Source: Candidatus Electrothrix yaqonensis
Lineage (GTDB): Bacteria > Desulfobacterota > Desulfobulbia > Desulfobulbales > Desulfobulbaceae
Reading direction: 5' to 3'
Length of the DNA stretch: 32,000 nucleotides
NCBI GenBank assembly: GCA_047651235.1
Contig: CP178758.1
Coordinates: 2,580,001-2,612,000 of the forward strand
The notes under the pieces were generated by a model that was given only the letters and a program-made list of their open reading frames with translations, was not told where the DNA came from and searched no databases. Of the stretch, positions 8,844-17,287 are shown in pieces. Numbering within the stretch: position 1 is the first letter of the stretch; the number at the start of each line of letters is the position of its first letter. Position numbers and translations under genes: made by a program.

Positions 8844-9254
8844 TTATGCTTTCTGTTCAGGGGAAGAAACTATCTCAATTCTTGTAAGAGAAAAATTCAG
8901 AGGAGTCTGTACACCTGCCCGTTCAATTGCAATGTCGGCTGCAGAGCCTATTTCTCCTCTCAGCTTTTCCAATATCAAGTATTTGAACGTCTTGCCTTGT
9001 GTGGGTTCACCGTCGATATGGGTAATGATATCCCCCCGCTGGATACCGCTTTTTGAAGCCGGAGTACCATCAATCACTTCAAGAACAACCAATGGGCCCA
9101 AGTGGTCTTCTGTATCCGGATCATATATTTGCGATACTCTCAAACCGAGACCACCGAATGTATCTTTCGTTGCCTGCGCAACAGTAAAAACTGATCCAAG
9201 TGACAGGGACAAAAAAATCACGGCAATGAGAGAAGTGGAAATTCTTTTGTTCAT
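8844..9254 (-). CDS. Small secreted PDZ-domain protein
   Basis: Signal peptide MNKRISTSLIAVIFLSLSLGSVFTVAQA, then a PDZ core GGLGLRV....PLVVLEVIDGTPASKSGIQRGDIITHIDGEP. Confidence 0.7.
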   Translation of the reverse strand: MNKRISTSLIAVIFLSLSLGSVFTVAQATKDTFGGLGLRVSQIYDPDTEDHLGPLVVLEVIDGTPASKSGIQRGDIITHIDGEPTQGKTFKYLILEKLRGEIGSAADIAIERAGVQTPLNFSLTRIEIVSSPEQKA

Positions 9255-9603
9255 CTTTTTCTCCTGATTTATTGGTTTTACGTGGCGAATTTCCGGTTTT
9301 TTGAGGATTCAGCTCAATACGACGAATACCCGATACCGAGAATATGGCTACCGCTGTAACAGAGTTGCCGTATCCGAATATGCTTCAGCTACGGTATCGC
9401 TCAGGCTATCCGGAAAACAAAAATGAAAAACCGATAATTAATCGCATTTCAGGGCATTTGTCAATCAACAATTACAGCAGCATACCCGGGGGGTGCCTTT
9501 TGTCCGCTTGAATATACGGAAACAGCGCCTGTTTTCCTTTCTTTGCGAGACCGGATAACAGGCTGCCATCTCATCATATTTTATCGTGCTTAGTAAATAG
9601 CAC

Positions 9604-10740
9604 TCAGCTGAGTTTCATCGGCATGACGATTCCGAGGAACCCCGCATCCTCTTCCGAGGTAATCAGACACGGACTTTCGCTGGAGGAAATGGATGCCTGC
9701 ACCGTCTCCCCCTCCATAACCTGCAGGGCCTCGATGAAATAGCGGCAGTTGAAGCCCATAGACAGAGGTTCACCGCTGTACTCGATCTCGATCTCATCCC
9801 GTGCCGAGCCGAAATCGTTATTTTCCGAAGTCAGAATAAGACGGTTATTCTGCAGCTCAAATTTAATCGCGTGGAAGAGGTCTTCTGTAAACAGGTTGAT
9901 GCGCTTCAGGGACTCAAGAAAGGATCTTTTCGGAATCCGGATATTATTTTCTTGGGGAACCGCTTTGAGGATATTTTCAAAATCCGGAAATTCTCCCTCC
10001 ATGAGCCGGACAATCAGGATGGAATCGTCGCTTCTGAAAACAATCTTTTTCTGTTCCACACCGAACTGAAACTGATCCTGTTCTTCACCGAATTTTCGAA
10101 TCTGCTGGATACCGCGACGGGGGATCAGGATAAACCGGTCAAGATCAAGCGGCTCGGTTCCTTCTGCTGCTTCCCTGCGCATAATACTCAGGCGGTGGCC
10201 GTCCGAGGTCACCATTCTGAAGGCTATTTTTTCGTCTTCTCTAAGCTGCTGCAGAAGCGCAGCGTTGAGATTGTACATATTCTCTTTTTCCGTGGCTACA
10301 GAAAAGATGGTCTTATCGATCAGATCACAGATGACTTCCCCTTCCATATGCACCAGCGCCTGTTCATCGTATTCCTCGAACTGGGGAAATTCCTCAGCAG
10401 AAGTACCGGCCAGCCTGTAGGTGCTGCTGCCTGCTGTGATTCTGATCCAGCTTTTTTCCTCTTCCTGAAAATTGATGGTTGCGGAACCGGATTCACGGGC
10501 TAGCTCAAAAAGTTTTTTCGACGGGATGGTGATTGTACCCGGTTCAAAGACTTCTGCAGCTACGGTCTGGCGCAGACTTATGTCCAGATCGGTTGCAGTA
10601 AATACAATACTATCATGAGTTACCTCTATGAGGACATTGGACAGAATAGGAAGGGTTCCTTTTTTATTCGTTATGTGCTGCTGGGAACTGACAGCACGAA
10701 GCAGATCTTCCCGGGCAATATTGAAATGAAACGACATCAT
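9604..10740 (-). CDS. dnaN: DNA polymerase III beta subunit (sliding clamp)
   Basis: 378-aa ORF. MSFHFNIAREDLLRAVSSQQHITNKKGTLPILSNVLIEV.. is the canonical DnaN start, and the length and three-domain periodicity fit. Confidence 0.9.
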   Translation of the reverse strand: MMSFHFNIAREDLLRAVSSQQHITNKKGTLPILSNVLIEVTHDSIVFTATDLDISLRQTVAAEVFEPGTITIPSKKLFELARESGSATINFQEEEKSWIRITAGSSTYRLAGTSAEEFPQFEEYDEQALVHMEGEVICDLIDKTIFSVATEKENMYNLNAALLQQLREDEKIAFRMVTSDGHRLSIMRREAAEGTEPLDLDRFILIPRRGIQQIRKFGEEQDQFQFGVEQKKIVFRSDDSILIVRLMEGEFPDFENILKAVPQENNIRIPKRSFLESLKRINLFTEDLFHAIKFELQNNRLILTSENNDFGSARDEIEIEYSGEPLSMGFNCRYFIEALQVMEGETVQASISSSESPCLITSEEDAGFLGIVMPMKLS

Positions 10741-10794
10741 TATACTCCTTCTATTGATTAAAAGAATTTATTGTTATTCTTACACCTGTCAGTT

Positions 10795-10950
10795 TGTGGA
10801 AAACAGATTCAGCGTGCTGATTTATACGGGAAAAATGTGTTGAAAGGATTTGTTTACTTTACAGGGATAAGCAGTGTATATATTCGATCTGCAGGTTATC
10901 AACAATATTTAAACGTCGCTGTCAACAGGTTACCAACAGTTTTTTCCACA
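10795..10950. promoter_or_regulatory. Cluster of DnaA-box-like 9-mers upstream of dnaN
   Basis: tgtggaaaa (10795-10803, reverse complement TTTTCCACA), ttatcaaca (10896-10904) and ttttccaca (10942-10950) each differ by one base from TTATCCACA. Several two-mismatch sites lie between them. AT-rich context. Confidence 0.4.
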
Positions 10951-11023
10951 GAGTTTTCAACTTTGCTCCGCGATATATCTGCCGCATGCCTGCGAAGAGA
11001 GGGAAAACACGGCAGATTGATTT

Positions 11024-11677
11024 GGTAGTGGCTCAAACCCGTTGATCCATATTTTTTTATCTGATATATTGTTCCGTCATTATGGAACAGTATATCAAAA
11101 TAACGTGTCGGCATTGCAGTGCCGGGGATCTCGTGAAAAACGGGCGGAGCGAAAACGGGACACAGCGTTACCGCTGTAATGAGTGCGGAAAAAGTTTTCG
11201 GCATGAATACAGGTAAACGCATGGAAACCCGGTGTGAAAAATCAGATCGGACAACAGACTCTTAACAGTTCCGGAGTCGGAGATATCAGCGGGAATCTTA
11301 ATATCTCAAGGAATACCGTGCTGTTCGAGCTGAAAAAAACGCTCGCCGAAGTAAACCCTTATTTTACAGAGCGATCGGACAGTACGTCGGTCGGAATCGA
11401 GGTTGAAATAGGAACGGATGCGGAAGCCGACGAATTATGGAGTTATGTTGGGAATAAGAAAAATCAGAGATGGACATGGTACGCGATTGAAAGAAATACC
11501 GGTGTGATACTCGCATGGCGCAACGGGAGACGGACGGATAAAAGCTGCTCGCTCCTGATGGAAAAGCTTTCCGTATTCCCTGTAACCCGTTATTATACCG
11601 ACGATTGGCAACGCTACAGAAAATATATTCCTTCGGAACGCCATATCATCGGTAAAGCGGACGTTGAGAAGTTTTAA
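11024..11677 (+). pseudogene. IS1-family element relic: InsA zinc-finger ORF, a frame break, then a fused HTH-DDE reading frame truncated at the 3' end
   Basis: Candidate left end ggtagtggctc at 11024. The ORF at 11082-11216 (MEQYIKITCRHCSAGDLVKNGRSENGTQRYRCNECGKSFRHEYR*) resembles the InsA Zn finger. The ORF at 11234-11677 aligns with IS1 InsAB' (..GVGDISGNLNISRNTVLFELKK.., AEADELWSYVGNKKNQRWTWYA, YYTDDWQRY) but stops at IGKADVEKF*, about 60 codons before the expected C-terminus. No right inverted repeat was found. Confidence 0.7.
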
Positions 11678-11732
11678 AATATCAGGAATTGGCGACTTAT
11701 GTGATCGCTATCGTTCTGGTGCTCCGCGAAAA

Positions 11733-11855
11733 TTAGTTCTACTTTGGTGACCATACCATTAACTGTTTAATAATATTAATAATGCTAAAAACAGGGGTTT
11801 TTAAATACTTAATAAAAACAAGATAGTTATGTTTATGATCGCCAAAGTAGAATTA
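11733..11855. mobile_element. MITE-like 123-bp element whose inverted termini match those of the IS701-family element at 1115-2729
   Basis: Left end ttagttctactttggtgaccatacc; reverse complement of the right end taattctactttggcgatcat. Compare the IS left end taattctactttgtcaaccataacc. The AT-rich interior has no ORF. Confidence 0.55.
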
Positions 11856-12007
11856 TGCATTGGGACGAGACAAAATCTCCGTTCTTACGGAGCCTGCTGG
11901 CAATATCTTTCTATATTATCGGAAGCATACTTGCAGGGCAAGGGATGCAGATAACTATGTAACTGATGTTACGCACGCAAATAAAAGATCAGTATGTAAG
12001 ATGCCAA

Positions 12008-12044
12008 GAGGGGAAACAGGGCCGCTTGCTTCCCCTTGTTTTTT
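12008..12044 (+). terminator. Orphan rho-independent terminator-like hairpin
   Basis: ggggaa (12010-12015) pairs with ttcccc (12030-12035), followed by ttgtttttt. There is no intact plus-strand gene upstream. Confidence 0.4.
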
Positions 12045-12157
12045 CCTGCCTCCTGCCGTGCCCGTCCCCAAACTGTACGCTTGATGCCTGTAGGTGCTAT
12101 AAATAAATTGGGATATCTGTTCCTCCGGCACATAAAAACACTTCGCGGGATTTCCTC

Positions 12158-15100
12158 TTGTACCTCCATCAATCCAACCGGCTGGAAAATCTGTTTGACG
12201 GACTCTGTGCAGTCCTTGACGAGCCGCTGACCGAGCCGCTGGCCCCGGAGGTCATTGTGGTGCAGAACCCGGGCATGGCGCGCTGGCTGTCCCAGCAGAT
12301 CGCCCTGCGTACCGGCATCAGCGCCAATTTTTCTTTTCCCTTACCGGCCACTTTTGTCTGGCGGGTCTTTGAGCAGACATTAGGGACGCTGCCGGATCTG
12401 TCCCGCTTTAACCGCAACGTCCTGCTCTGGCGGGTCCGGCGGGAGCTGGAAACGCTGTCGGACGATCCGTCCATGCAGGAAATCCGGGCCTATCTCCGGG
12501 AAGATCGGGACGGGAGCAGACGGTTTCAGCTGGCAGGTAGGATCACTGATCTGTTTGATCAGTACCAGGTATACCGCCCGGCCATGCTGCTGCACTGGGA
12601 ACAGGGCGGCGAGAGGCACTGGCAGGCCCGGCTCTGGCGCAGTCTGACTGCGGCTGACAGAAACCACCGGGCAGCGCTTCTGTACCGTTTTCTGGAGATA
12701 GCTGCCAAGGGTGGACTGCGTACCGATACCCTGCCGGAGCGGATTACTGTTTTCGGCATCAATTCACTGCCTCCGGCCTATCTTGAAGTCATTGATCAGC
12801 TGGGCCGCCTTATTGCCGTCCACGTCTTTCATCTCAGTCCCTGCCGGCAGGCCTGGGATGATATTCTGCCGGAACGTCTGGCGGCCATCCGGCGGCAGCG
12901 GTGGCGGAAAAAGGGAGTCGAGGATGTCAGTAATTATTTTATTACCGGCAATCCGCTGCTGGCCTCTTTGGGAGCTGTGGGGCAGGGATTTTTCTGCCTG
13001 CTTATGGAGCGGAATCCCGTGGAGGTTGAACTGTACGAGGCCCCGGAGTCTTCCGACTCCTCCTGCCTGCTCAGTCTCATCCAGCAGGATATCCTTGAAC
13101 TGCATGATCCCGGCGCTGACCGTCGTGACCGTGGGCAGCAACACAGAATGCTAATTCCGGGTGATCGTTCAGTCCGTTTTCACTGCTGCCACAGTCCCAT
13201 GCGGGAGATTCAGGTGCTCCATGACCGGCTGCTGGATTTCTTTGCAGATGACCCGACGCTGAAACCAGCTGATATCCTGGTAATGGCCCCAGATATCGCC
13301 CTGTATGCCCCGGCAGTGGCCGGGGTGTTCGGGTCTGCTCCTGCCGGGCGGCGTATTCCGTGGTCGATTGCTGACCAGTCCGGTCGGGAGGAGCAGCCGA
13401 TCATTGACGGTTTTCTCTCCATCCTGGAGTTGATCGGCAGCCGTTTCACAGCCCCGGAAGTGATGGCCCTGCTGGAGAATCAGGCGATCCTCCGGCGCTT
13501 TGGTCTTGTCGAGGAGAATATGTCGTTCATCCGGGCCCGGCTCACAGAGGCCGGGGTCCGCTGGGGCCTGGATCAGGAGCAGCGCAAAGAGCAGGGAATG
13601 GAGGGCCCGGCAGAGCATACTTGGGAGTTCGGCCTGGACCGGCTGCTGTTGGGCTGGGTCATGGGGCCGCTGAACGAACCCTGGCAGGGCATTATGCCCT
13701 GCTCCGGGATGCTGAACGATACCGGCTCGTGGCTTGGCGGCCTGACCCATTGTATCCGCTCTCTGCAGGAGCTGCACTGGCAGATGAAAATGCCCCGCCC
13801 GCCTGCTGCATGGGGAGAGCTGTTGCTCCGGCTGACTACAGATTTTTTTGCCGATGACGGGAGAGGCGGGGAACAGGAGGGGCTGCTCCTTCTGCGCCGA
13901 ACCATTACCGATTTCACCGAGTACTGCCGGACAGCGGAGTTTGACAGGGAGATCAGTCTGCCGGTTGTCCGGCACTGGTTCGTTTCCCGACTCTCGGAAC
14001 CGGCAGGCGGGCAGGCTTTTCTGGCTGGCCGGGTGACGTTCTGCAATATGGTGCCCATGCGCTCGGTGCCGTTCAAGGTCATCTGGCTGCTGGGCATGAA
14101 TGACGGGGATTATCCCCGGACCCAGCGGCCCCCGGCCTTTGACCTGATGGCCCGGCAGCCCCGTCTCGGGGACCGGAACCGGCGCGATGATGACCGGTAT
14201 CTCTTTCTGGAGGCCCTGCTTTCTGCCCGGCAGCATCTCGCCATTTCTTGGGTGGGCCGGAATCAGCAGGACAACGCATCCCTGCCGCCTTCAGTGGTGG
14301 TGGCTGAACTGCGGGATTATATCAACCGAGGCTGGATTACTTGGATTACCGGGGAGGCGGCGGAGAAAGAGAAAGACCGATCTCCGGCTGATCTGCTGAC
14401 TGTGGAATATCCGCTGCAGCCCTTCAGTAGGCATTGCTTTGACGGCAATCCTGCAACCGCTTCCTATGCTGCGGAGTGGATGCCCGGCCCGGCTGCTGCA
14501 GGAAGTAATGAAGCTGAGGGTACAGGAGCGTTCGTTTTTGCCGGACAGCTCCTGCCGCCGTCAGCGTCAGACCTGCCGCAGATTGATCTCAGCCGGTTCA
14601 TCCGTTTCTGGAATCATCCAGTCCGCTTTTTTTTGGAACAGCGTATCGGCCTGCGCACCCGGTTCAATGAAGAGCTGCTCCCGGAAAGCGAAGCCTTTGC
14701 CTTGGATCACCTGCAGAAATATTTTCTGAGTGTGGAAATTATGAATAGCCGCCGGGCTGATCTGCCTGATCGGCAGCCGTTACCTGTACTGTATCGGATG
14801 CAGGCGGAAGGCAGGCTGCCCGGAGGAAATTTTGGCCGCATTCTGTGCCGAAAGATGGAGCAGGAAGTCGCTGAGCTTATTGAGGGACTGGAACCGATTA
14901 TCCGAAAACCTGCGGAACCGATGGATATCAGGCTGCAGGTTGACGGGGTACAGCTCATCGGCCAGCTGTCCTCTCTGTACAGCAGCGGCAGGGTCACATT
15001 CCGTCCGGCCACCCTGAAGGCCAAGGATATCCTGCAGCTCTGGATCAACCATCTGGTTCTCCTGCTCCGGCTGCCTGCTGCTGTTGCCCCGATATCTATT

Positions 15101-15442
15101 CATGCTGCACGGAAGCAGACCGTCTGTTTCCAGGAAGTGGATGATCCGCAGGCTGAGCTGGCTGAACTGATCGCCCTGTTCCGCCAAGGGGAAGCAGAAC
15201 CGCTCCACTTTTATCCGAACACCAGCTATGCTTGGGCCAAGGCAAAGTCAGAAGGAGCAAAGTGGAATGCCGCCCGTCGGGTTTGGTCTTCCGGGTATTC
15301 CGGGTTTTCAGGGGGGGAGGGGGAGGATCCGGCCTATGAGATCGCCCTGCGCGCTCATGAACCGCTGGATCAGCGCTTTGCCCGGCTGGCCGGGTTGTTC
15401 AGCCCGATCCTCCGGTATATGGAGGAGCCGACTGCAGGATGA
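12158..15442 (+). CDS. recC: Exodeoxyribonuclease V gamma subunit (RecC)
   Basis: 1094-aa ORF. (M)YLHQSNRLENL......VVQNPGMARWLSQQIALRTGISANFSFPLPATFVW aligns with the E. coli RecC N-terminus (VYHSNRLDVL..VQSTGMAQWL..GIAANIDFPLPASFIW). TTG start, with no obvious SD. Confidence 0.9.
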   Translation: MYLHQSNRLENLFDGLCAVLDEPLTEPLAPEVIVVQNPGMARWLSQQIALRTGISANFSFPLPATFVWRVFEQTLGTLPDLSRFNRNVLLWRVRRELETLSDDPSMQEIRAYLREDRDGSRRFQLAGRITDLFDQYQVYRPAMLLHWEQGGERHWQARLWRSLTAADRNHRAALLYRFLEIAAKGGLRTDTLPERITVFGINSLPPAYLEVIDQLGRLIAVHVFHLSPCRQAWDDILPERLAAIRRQRWRKKGVEDVSNYFITGNPLLASLGAVGQGFFCLLMERNPVEVELYEAPESSDSSCLLSLIQQDILELHDPGADRRDRGQQHRMLIPGDRSVRFHCCHSPMREIQVLHDRLLDFFADDPTLKPADILVMAPDIALYAPAVAGVFGSAPAGRRIPWSIADQSGREEQPIIDGFLSILELIGSRFTAPEVMALLENQAILRRFGLVEENMSFIRARLTEAGVRWGLDQEQRKEQGMEGPAEHTWEFGLDRLLLGWVMGPLNEPWQGIMPCSGMLNDTGSWLGGLTHCIRSLQELHWQMKMPRPPAAWGELLLRLTTDFFADDGRGGEQEGLLLLRRTITDFTEYCRTAEFDREISLPVVRHWFVSRLSEPAGGQAFLAGRVTFCNMVPMRSVPFKVIWLLGMNDGDYPRTQRPPAFDLMARQPRLGDRNRRDDDRYLFLEALLSARQHLAISWVGRNQQDNASLPPSVVVAELRDYINRGWITWITGEAAEKEKDRSPADLLTVEYPLQPFSRHCFDGNPATASYAAEWMPGPAAAGSNEAEGTGAFVFAGQLLPPSASDLPQIDLSRFIRFWNHPVRFFLEQRIGLRTRFNEELLPESEAFALDHLQKYFLSVEIMNSRRADLPDRQPLPVLYRMQAEGRLPGGNFGRILCRKMEQEVAELIEGLEPIIRKPAEPMDIRLQVDGVQLIGQLSSLYSSGRVTFRPATLKAKDILQLWINHLVLLLRLPAAVAPISIHAARKQTVCFQEVDDPQAELAELIALFRQGEAEPLHFYPNTSYAWAKAKSEGAKWNAARRVWSSGYSGFSGGEGEDPAYEIALRAHEPLDQRFARLAGLFSPILRYMEEPTAG

Positions 15443-15573
15443 ACGGCAGAATGGAGGAGTATAAGAAGCATGTTTTTCAAACAGCTTCTAATGGTCAAAC
15501 GCCCGCTGAAAGCGCCTTTTCTGACAGCCCGTTCTCCTTCGCATTCGCTGGCCGGGAAAACGGTTCGGTTTGA
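15439..15573 (+). pseudogene. Possible recB start stub (speculative)
   Basis: The ATG overlaps the recC stop as ATGA (15439-15442), the usual arrangement for a translationally coupled next gene. The reading MNGRMEEYKKHVFQTASNG.. then runs out of frame through the rsmJ relic and stops. I cannot align the stub to RecB by eye. Confidence 0.2.
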
Positions 15574-15577
15574 TGTG
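15494..15577 (+). pseudogene. 84-nt relic of the 3' end of an rsmJ-type methyltransferase gene (direct repeat of 28139-28222)
   Basis: Encodes VKRPLKAPFLTARSPSHSLAGKTVRFDV, identical in protein to the C-terminal region of the intact gene. 80 of 84 nt are identical, and the 4 differences are all synonymous third positions (AAA/AAG, AAA/AAG, ACA/ACG, GTT/GTG). Confidence 0.85.
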
Positions 15578-15588
15578 ATATGTCCATG

Positions 15589-16656
15589 TCATCCGCTATT
15601 CTTCTCTCGTCTTGCTTTATTAAGGGTGTCGAGAAAGTTTGCCAACCAATTCAAATCAATATTCTCTTCAGGAGAAACACCATTCAGTTGTTCCTCCCAT
15701 TTATCTATGAGCGGATCAGATGGACCTAAGAGTTTTTTCATTTCCTTCTTTACAGAATCTCTTTTAAGCAATTCAATCACCATGCTGATATCATTGAATA
15801 ACCAGTTATATGCATCTTTCCATCTGAAAAGATTAAGCTCGTCATTTGTAGGTTTAAGTTCTCTGACTGTTTTTGCTGGCCAATTCCGTCTTTTTGTATA
15901 CGCAAACATTGAGAATGTAAACCATTCATTTGCTACATTAAACAATTCATCGGGATTTTCGGAAAAGTATCCCTCCTCTTTAGCAAGGATTTGTAACCGT
16001 TCTCTAAACCAAACTGTAGCATGTTCTATATTTTCCTTTTTTTTAGTTATTATTAATGCTCTGTACTTGATTTGAGCTAAAGAAAAAGAGGTCATTTCCT
16101 GTAACAGCCTATAATGTTTGATGTTTGCTCTGGAATCTATACCCTCTTTACCTGCACTTGTATAAAGTGCGCGATGCTTCCTATACTCTTTGTCTGCCTC
16201 AATAAATTTATCACTGTCTATATAATCTAATATGTTCTTTTTTACATGATTATGGAATCTGCTGAAGTTTCTGAAGAAAATAAATTGAAGGCCGATTATA
16301 TTTCTCGCCGAGCCTTCTATCTTGTAAGGAGCCAATAAATAATTGGCAAGAGAGTCCTTGTTGTTATACTTCCATGATATTGTTGTATTTTGCTCCGATG
16401 GAATGTTTAAAAAAGTAAAGTTTCCCCCTTCATCTAGACTACTTGCTCGTGGCCCACTGTTATTTATCAATTTTATAACTATTTTTTCGTGATCAGGTGG
16501 TGACAGATCAATTGCCTTCCCATCTGGTGACAGATCAATTACCTTCCCATCTAACTTCATACTTGTTGCAGCGTAAATTAAAGAGCAGTCTGCAAATAAT
16601 ACTGATGTTATTATAATAATAGTCAAAATAACGCTATTTTTTGTAAAGATAAGCAT
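15589..16656 (-). CDS. Hypothetical exported or membrane-anchored protein (355 aa)
   Basis: SD-like gggggа-type purine run (gtgggggaccggaa) before the ATG at 16654-16656. N-terminal hydrophobic segment (VILTIIIITSVLFADCSLIYAA). Tandem 9-aa duplication DGKVIDLSP/DGKAIDLSP. Short beta-sandwich-like stretch (GGNFTFLNIPSEQ), then a W/F-rich helical C-terminal region. No family recognised. AT-rich. Confidence 0.6.
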   Translation of the reverse strand: MLIFTKNSVILTIIIITSVLFADCSLIYAATSMKLDGKVIDLSPDGKAIDLSPPDHEKIVIKLINNSGPRASSLDEGGNFTFLNIPSEQNTTISWKYNNKDSLANYLLAPYKIEGSARNIIGLQFIFFRNFSRFHNHVKKNILDYIDSDKFIEADKEYRKHRALYTSAGKEGIDSRANIKHYRLLQEMTSFSLAQIKYRALIITKKKENIEHATVWFRERLQILAKEEGYFSENPDELFNVANEWFTFSMFAYTKRRNWPAKTVRELKPTNDELNLFRWKDAYNWLFNDISMVIELLKRDSVKKEMKKLLGPSDPLIDKWEEQLNGVSPEENIDLNWLANFLDTLNKARREKNSG

Positions 16657-17287
16657 TTCCGGTCCCCCACGTTACGTATTCCATTTTTTGAAACTTAAAT
16701 GGTTTCGGTTCTTCATTTTTGCATCTTAATGAAAGATTTGTCATATCTAACTCTTTTTCTATCCAAACTGCACCCGATCCCCAAAGTCCTTTTTTTAAAG
16801 GAAGTTTATGAGATTGGTGGTTGTTCCCTCCTTTCCATCTTACAGTGAAGTCCTTACAAGAAATTTGATCATTCTCAAAGAAAAATACAGTTTTTCCATT
16901 TGAAGCAAGATGATTGGTAAATCCAGTTAGAGTTAATATAGAAGCAGTAAAAAAGATCCCTCCCGTAACCAAAGAAGAATATTCTTTCTTCAAGGAAAGC
17001 ATGATCATGAGCAAGACAAAAAAAGACAGTCCGCTTATAAGGGTAAAAATTGTCAATTTGGGAGAGTAAAAAGTATACGCATCCCCTGTCATTAATATAA
17101 GTAAATATATTACCCAGATAGATATTACATATATCACCGATGTCAGTGGCAGAAGCTGTTTATTTACGTTTATTGGCGATGCTTTAAACATCAGCGGTAT
17201 CAGACCCGATATACTCACGAAAATTGGCGGTAAGATCCCTGCAATATTATTGATAATTTCGACCATTTTAACACCCGCAGCTAGCAT
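16634..17287 (-). CDS. Hypothetical integral membrane protein (about 4 TM segments plus a soluble C-terminal domain of about 90 aa)
   Basis: 217-aa ORF with four long hydrophobic stretches, then ..FFFENDQISCKDFTVRWKGGNNHQSHKLPLKKGLWGSGAVWIEK... Overlaps the downstream gene by 23 nt and the upstream gene by 20 nt. The start could instead be the internal ATG (MVEIINN). Confidence 0.55.
   Translation of the reverse strand: MLAAGVKMVEIINNIAGILPPIFVSISGLIPLMFKASPINVNKQLLPLTSVIYVISIWVIYLLILMTGDAYTFYSPKLTIFTLISGLSFFVLLMIMLSLKKEYSSLVTGGIFFTASILTLTGFTNHLASNGKTVFFFENDQISCKDFTVRWKGGNNHQSHKLPLKKGLWGSGAVWIEKELDMTNLSLRCKNEEPKPFKFQKMEYVTWGTGNAYLYKK

Noticed and set aside
9519-9550. Hairpin ggaaacagcgcctgttttcc plus a T-rich tail as the dnaN terminator
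   Set aside because: The T-rich tail is on the plus strand, where no gene ends. On the dnaN (minus) strand the hairpin is not followed by a U-tract, and the loop is very short.
10899-11222. 107-aa minus-strand ORF upstream of dnaN
   Set aside because: It overlaps the IS1 InsA-like zinc-finger ORF on the opposite strand, which has clear family similarity. No motifs of its own.
13169-14236. 355-aa minus-strand ORF (and other 60-175-aa ORFs) antisense to recC
   Set aside because: It lies entirely within the well-supported recC frame. The sequence is low-complexity and Pro/Arg/Gly-rich, typical of shadow ORFs in GC-rich coding DNA.
15470-16075. 201-aa plus-strand ORF starting MFFKQLLMVKRPLKAPFL...
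   Set aside because: Only codons about 9-36 are meaningful, and they are the rsmJ relic. The rest is antisense to the 355-aa cassette gene and reads as low-complexity S/F/L-rich sequence.
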